A stretch of 22,427 nucleotides of DNA from contig JBFWJG010000041.1 in the NCBI GenBank assembly GCA_050253335.1, positions 1-22,427 of the forward strand, in the 5' to 3' direction. The notes under the pieces were generated by a model that was given only the letters and a program-made list of their open reading frames with translations, was not told the DNA's origin and did no database searches. This document shows positions 20,230-22,427 of the stretch, piece by piece. Numbering within the stretch: position 1 is the stretch's first letter; each line of letters begins with the position of its first letter. The position numbers and the translations under genes are program-made. Origin of the DNA: Deferribacterales bacterium (GTDB taxonomy: Bacteria > Chrysiogenota > Deferribacteres > Deferribacterales > Geovibrionaceae).

Positions 20230-21891
20230 TCAACCTTTCAACATGGATTTTATAATGTTCGCCGCGCCTTCCGGATCCTCTTCGCAGAATTCCTCTATCT
20301 TCTTCAGCATTACCTTGGACTTAACGGCGTCAGTGTTCATAGGTACGCTTTCATCAAGTTCCTGTTCGACCTCACGCTCAAGTTCCTCAAGGGTTTTGGG
20401 GAATCCGGCACTGTCCTTCAGGGTGACATCCACGGAATCAAGCGCGGAGGAAACCGTGATTGTGCCGTCGTCGTTGTAGGTGACGGTTTTGTCCAGCTTT
20501 TTGAGAATGCGCCTGACCACGGCAAAGTAGAACAGGAGCAGAATAATGACCGCAAGGGCATATTTGGATGCTATGGTTATGAGTTCCACTGTCTTCTCTC
20601 TCTGGAGCAGAAGCTGCTCCTGCTGCTGTACGGAGGTGTCAAAGGATATGTTGTTGACCTCAACCTGATCACCCCTTGCCTGGTCAAAGCCGACGGCGGT
20701 GGCGACAAGGGCGCGGATTGAGTTAAGCTCCTCCTGAGTTCTGGGGACGCTTTCGGTTATCTGGTTTCCGGATTCATCGGTGCGGATCACATTTTTATTG
20801 TCCACAACAACGGCAACGGAGATTTTCTTGATTGTGCCGAAGGCCTTGACTTCCTTGGTGACTGTTTTATCTATCTCAAAGTTTGAACGTTCTTCCGTGT
20901 GTTCGTAAGATGAATTGGTATTTCCGCCCAGCACCTGAGGCTCGGCGAGGTTTGACTCAACACCGGGCACGCCCTGCGGCCCTTCGGGCGAGTTTGAGCT
21001 TATTGTTTCTATATTCTCGGAAGAGCGGATCACGGGTTCGCGTCCGAACTCCTCCCTGCTGGTTTCTCTTTTGGAAAAATCTATCTCCGCCGTAACCTTG
21101 GCGACTGCTCCGGTTTCCCCTATGGTTCTTCCCAGTATTCCGTAAAGCTTGGATTCAAGCTCCCGCTCTATCCTTTTCTGATATTCAAGCTGGGTCTGGG
21201 TCATCATCACAGGGGAACTTTCCTCGCCTAGAAAATCGCTGAGAAGCCTGCCTGTGGTATCAACCACCTGAACGTTTTCAGGAATAAGCCCCTTTACGGA
21301 ACCTGAAACAAGAGAGCTGATCGCCTTGACCTGCTCACGGTTAAGTTCGGAGCCTCTTTTAAGCTTGATGACCACTGCGGCCTTTGCGGATTCCTCTTCG
21401 GATATAAAGAGCCTGTTTTTGGGAATGGTAAGGTGTACCCTTGCTTCTTCTATTTCGTTAAGGCTGCCTATTGTTCTGGCGAGTTCGCCCTGAAGCGCGC
21501 GCTGATAATTCACATCCTGAAGGAACTCCGTCATTCCGTAGGATGATTTGTCGAAAAGCTCGAACCCTGCCCCGCCGCCCTTAGGCAGACCCTCACGGGC
21601 GAGATCAAGCCTCGTGTCATAAACCAGCTCCTGCGGAACCTCCACCGTTCCCCCGCCGTCTTTAAGCCTGTACGGAACATTGCCCTCTTTGAGTTTTTCG
21701 ATAACCAGAGGGGCATCGTCTGCGTTCATATTGGCATAAAGGGTTTTGTAGACGGGTCTGTTTGCCCAGATAAGAAGGACACCCAGAGTAACAAGCACCG
21801 CGGCTAACGCGGCGCCGATGGAAATTTTCTGAACAAGAGTCAGTTTCTCAAAAATATCTTTAAACTGAGTTACGACGTCTTGAAGTGCCAT
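20230..21891 (-). CDS. fliF: Flagellar M-ring protein FliF
   Basis: GFELFD, YQRALQGELARTI, ARVHL, GVPGVESN, GFDQARGDQVEV; two TM segments. Confidence 0.97.
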   Translation of the reverse strand: MALQDVVTQFKDIFEKLTLVQKISIGAALAAVLVTLGVLLIWANRPVYKTLYANMNADDAPLVIEKLKEGNVPYRLKDGGGTVEVPQELVYDTRLDLAREGLPKGGGAGFELFDKSSYGMTEFLQDVNYQRALQGELARTIGSLNEIEEARVHLTIPKNRLFISEEESAKAAVVIKLKRGSELNREQVKAISSLVSGSVKGLIPENVQVVDTTGRLLSDFLGEESSPVMMTQTQLEYQKRIERELESKLYGILGRTIGETGAVAKVTAEIDFSKRETSREEFGREPVIRSSENIETISSNSPEGPQGVPGVESNLAEPQVLGGNTNSSYEHTEERSNFEIDKTVTKEVKAFGTIKKISVAVVVDNKNVIRTDESGNQITESVPRTQEELNSIRALVATAVGFDQARGDQVEVNNISFDTSVQQQEQLLLQREKTVELITIASKYALAVIILLLFYFAVVRRILKKLDKTVTYNDDGTITVSSALDSVDVTLKDSAGFPKTLEELEREVEQELDESVPMNTDAVKSKVMLKKIEEFCEEDPEGAANIIKSMLKG

Positions 21892-21903
21892 TTGCCCCTA
21901 ATA

Positions 21904-22215
21904 CTATACTTGAGTTCTCATAACCTCTTGGTAAGCTTCAACGATTTTGTTCTTAACCTCGAGCATGAGTTTGAGGGAAACATCCGCTTTCTGGAGAGCA
22001 ATCATTGTGGAATGAATGTCCTTCGTTTCGCCGTTAAGAACTTTCTGCACAGCTTCACTCGCCTCAAGCTGGGCGTCATTGACGCTGCTGAGGGCATCCT
22101 TGAGCAGGGCGGAAAAATCCGCTCCGGATTCGCTCTGAGTGCCCGCAGACTTGGAGGATGAAGTGTCATCAAGCTTATTCGGCAAAAGGAAGTTGATATT
22201 ATTTATCTCTGCCAT
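21904..22215 (-). CDS. fliE: Flagellar hook-basal body protein FliE
   Basis: F..LLKDAL..VN, DIHSTMIALQKA, VKNKIVEAYQEVMRTQV. Confidence 0.96.
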   Translation of the reverse strand: MAEINNINFLLPNKLDDTSSSKSAGTQSESGADFSALLKDALSSVNDAQLEASEAVQKVLNGETKDIHSTMIALQKADVSLKLMLEVKNKIVEAYQEVMRTQV

Positions 22216-22283
22216 TTTCAGTGTCTCCCTAACTGAATATATAGTATATCAGGGGTATTTTACAACCTTTATCTAACTTTATA

Positions 22284-22360
22284 AGAACAATCCGCGCGTC
22301 CTGCCGGATTGTTCTACACGCTCGCGCCGTGGTAAACACGGCTTCGCTTCGCACGGCGCG
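22284..22360 (-). repeat. GGA-loop element lacking the third hairpin, upstream of fliE
   Basis: agaacaatccg-c-gc-gtcct-gc-cggattgttct ACACGCTCGC gccgtg-gtaaa-cacggc TTCGCTTCGCACGGCG. Confidence 0.9.
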
Positions 22361-22427
22361 ATAACGGAAGAGCGTCCGGGAGTGAAACAGTGTTCAGATC
22401 AGTGTTTATATCTGGATTCGGCGGGTC

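Overview
Core-genome window with 20 genes, all on the minus strand. In transcription order: fliE-fliF-fliG-fliH-fliI-fliJ-(MotE/YlxF-like)-O-methyltransferase (TrmR-like)-U32 peptidase (TrhP-like)-ligA-PEP synthase regulatory kinase, then rho, then rpmE-thyX-DUF1385-prfA-prmC-murA-hisG(short)-bamA. The host is a flagellated diderm bacterium; a Deferribacterota-like lineage is my inference only. The genes are ordinary, but the intergenic DNA is not. A ~95-140 bp multi-hairpin repeat family occurs at six loci (10 near-complete copies plus fragments). Its stems differ completely between loci yet stay paired, its linkers are conserved, and its terminal loops read A(N)GGA(N) on one strand, which is the mRNA strand at five of six loci. 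This matches the CsrA/RsmA binding motif. At three loci the element is bracketed by direct duplications of the adjacent gene terminus (prfA 3' end, rho 3' end, DUF1385 RBS plus 5' end), suggesting a non-autonomous mobile element with long, variable target duplications. Two other palindromic repeat families are also present. No transposase, RNA gene or CRISPR array was seen.
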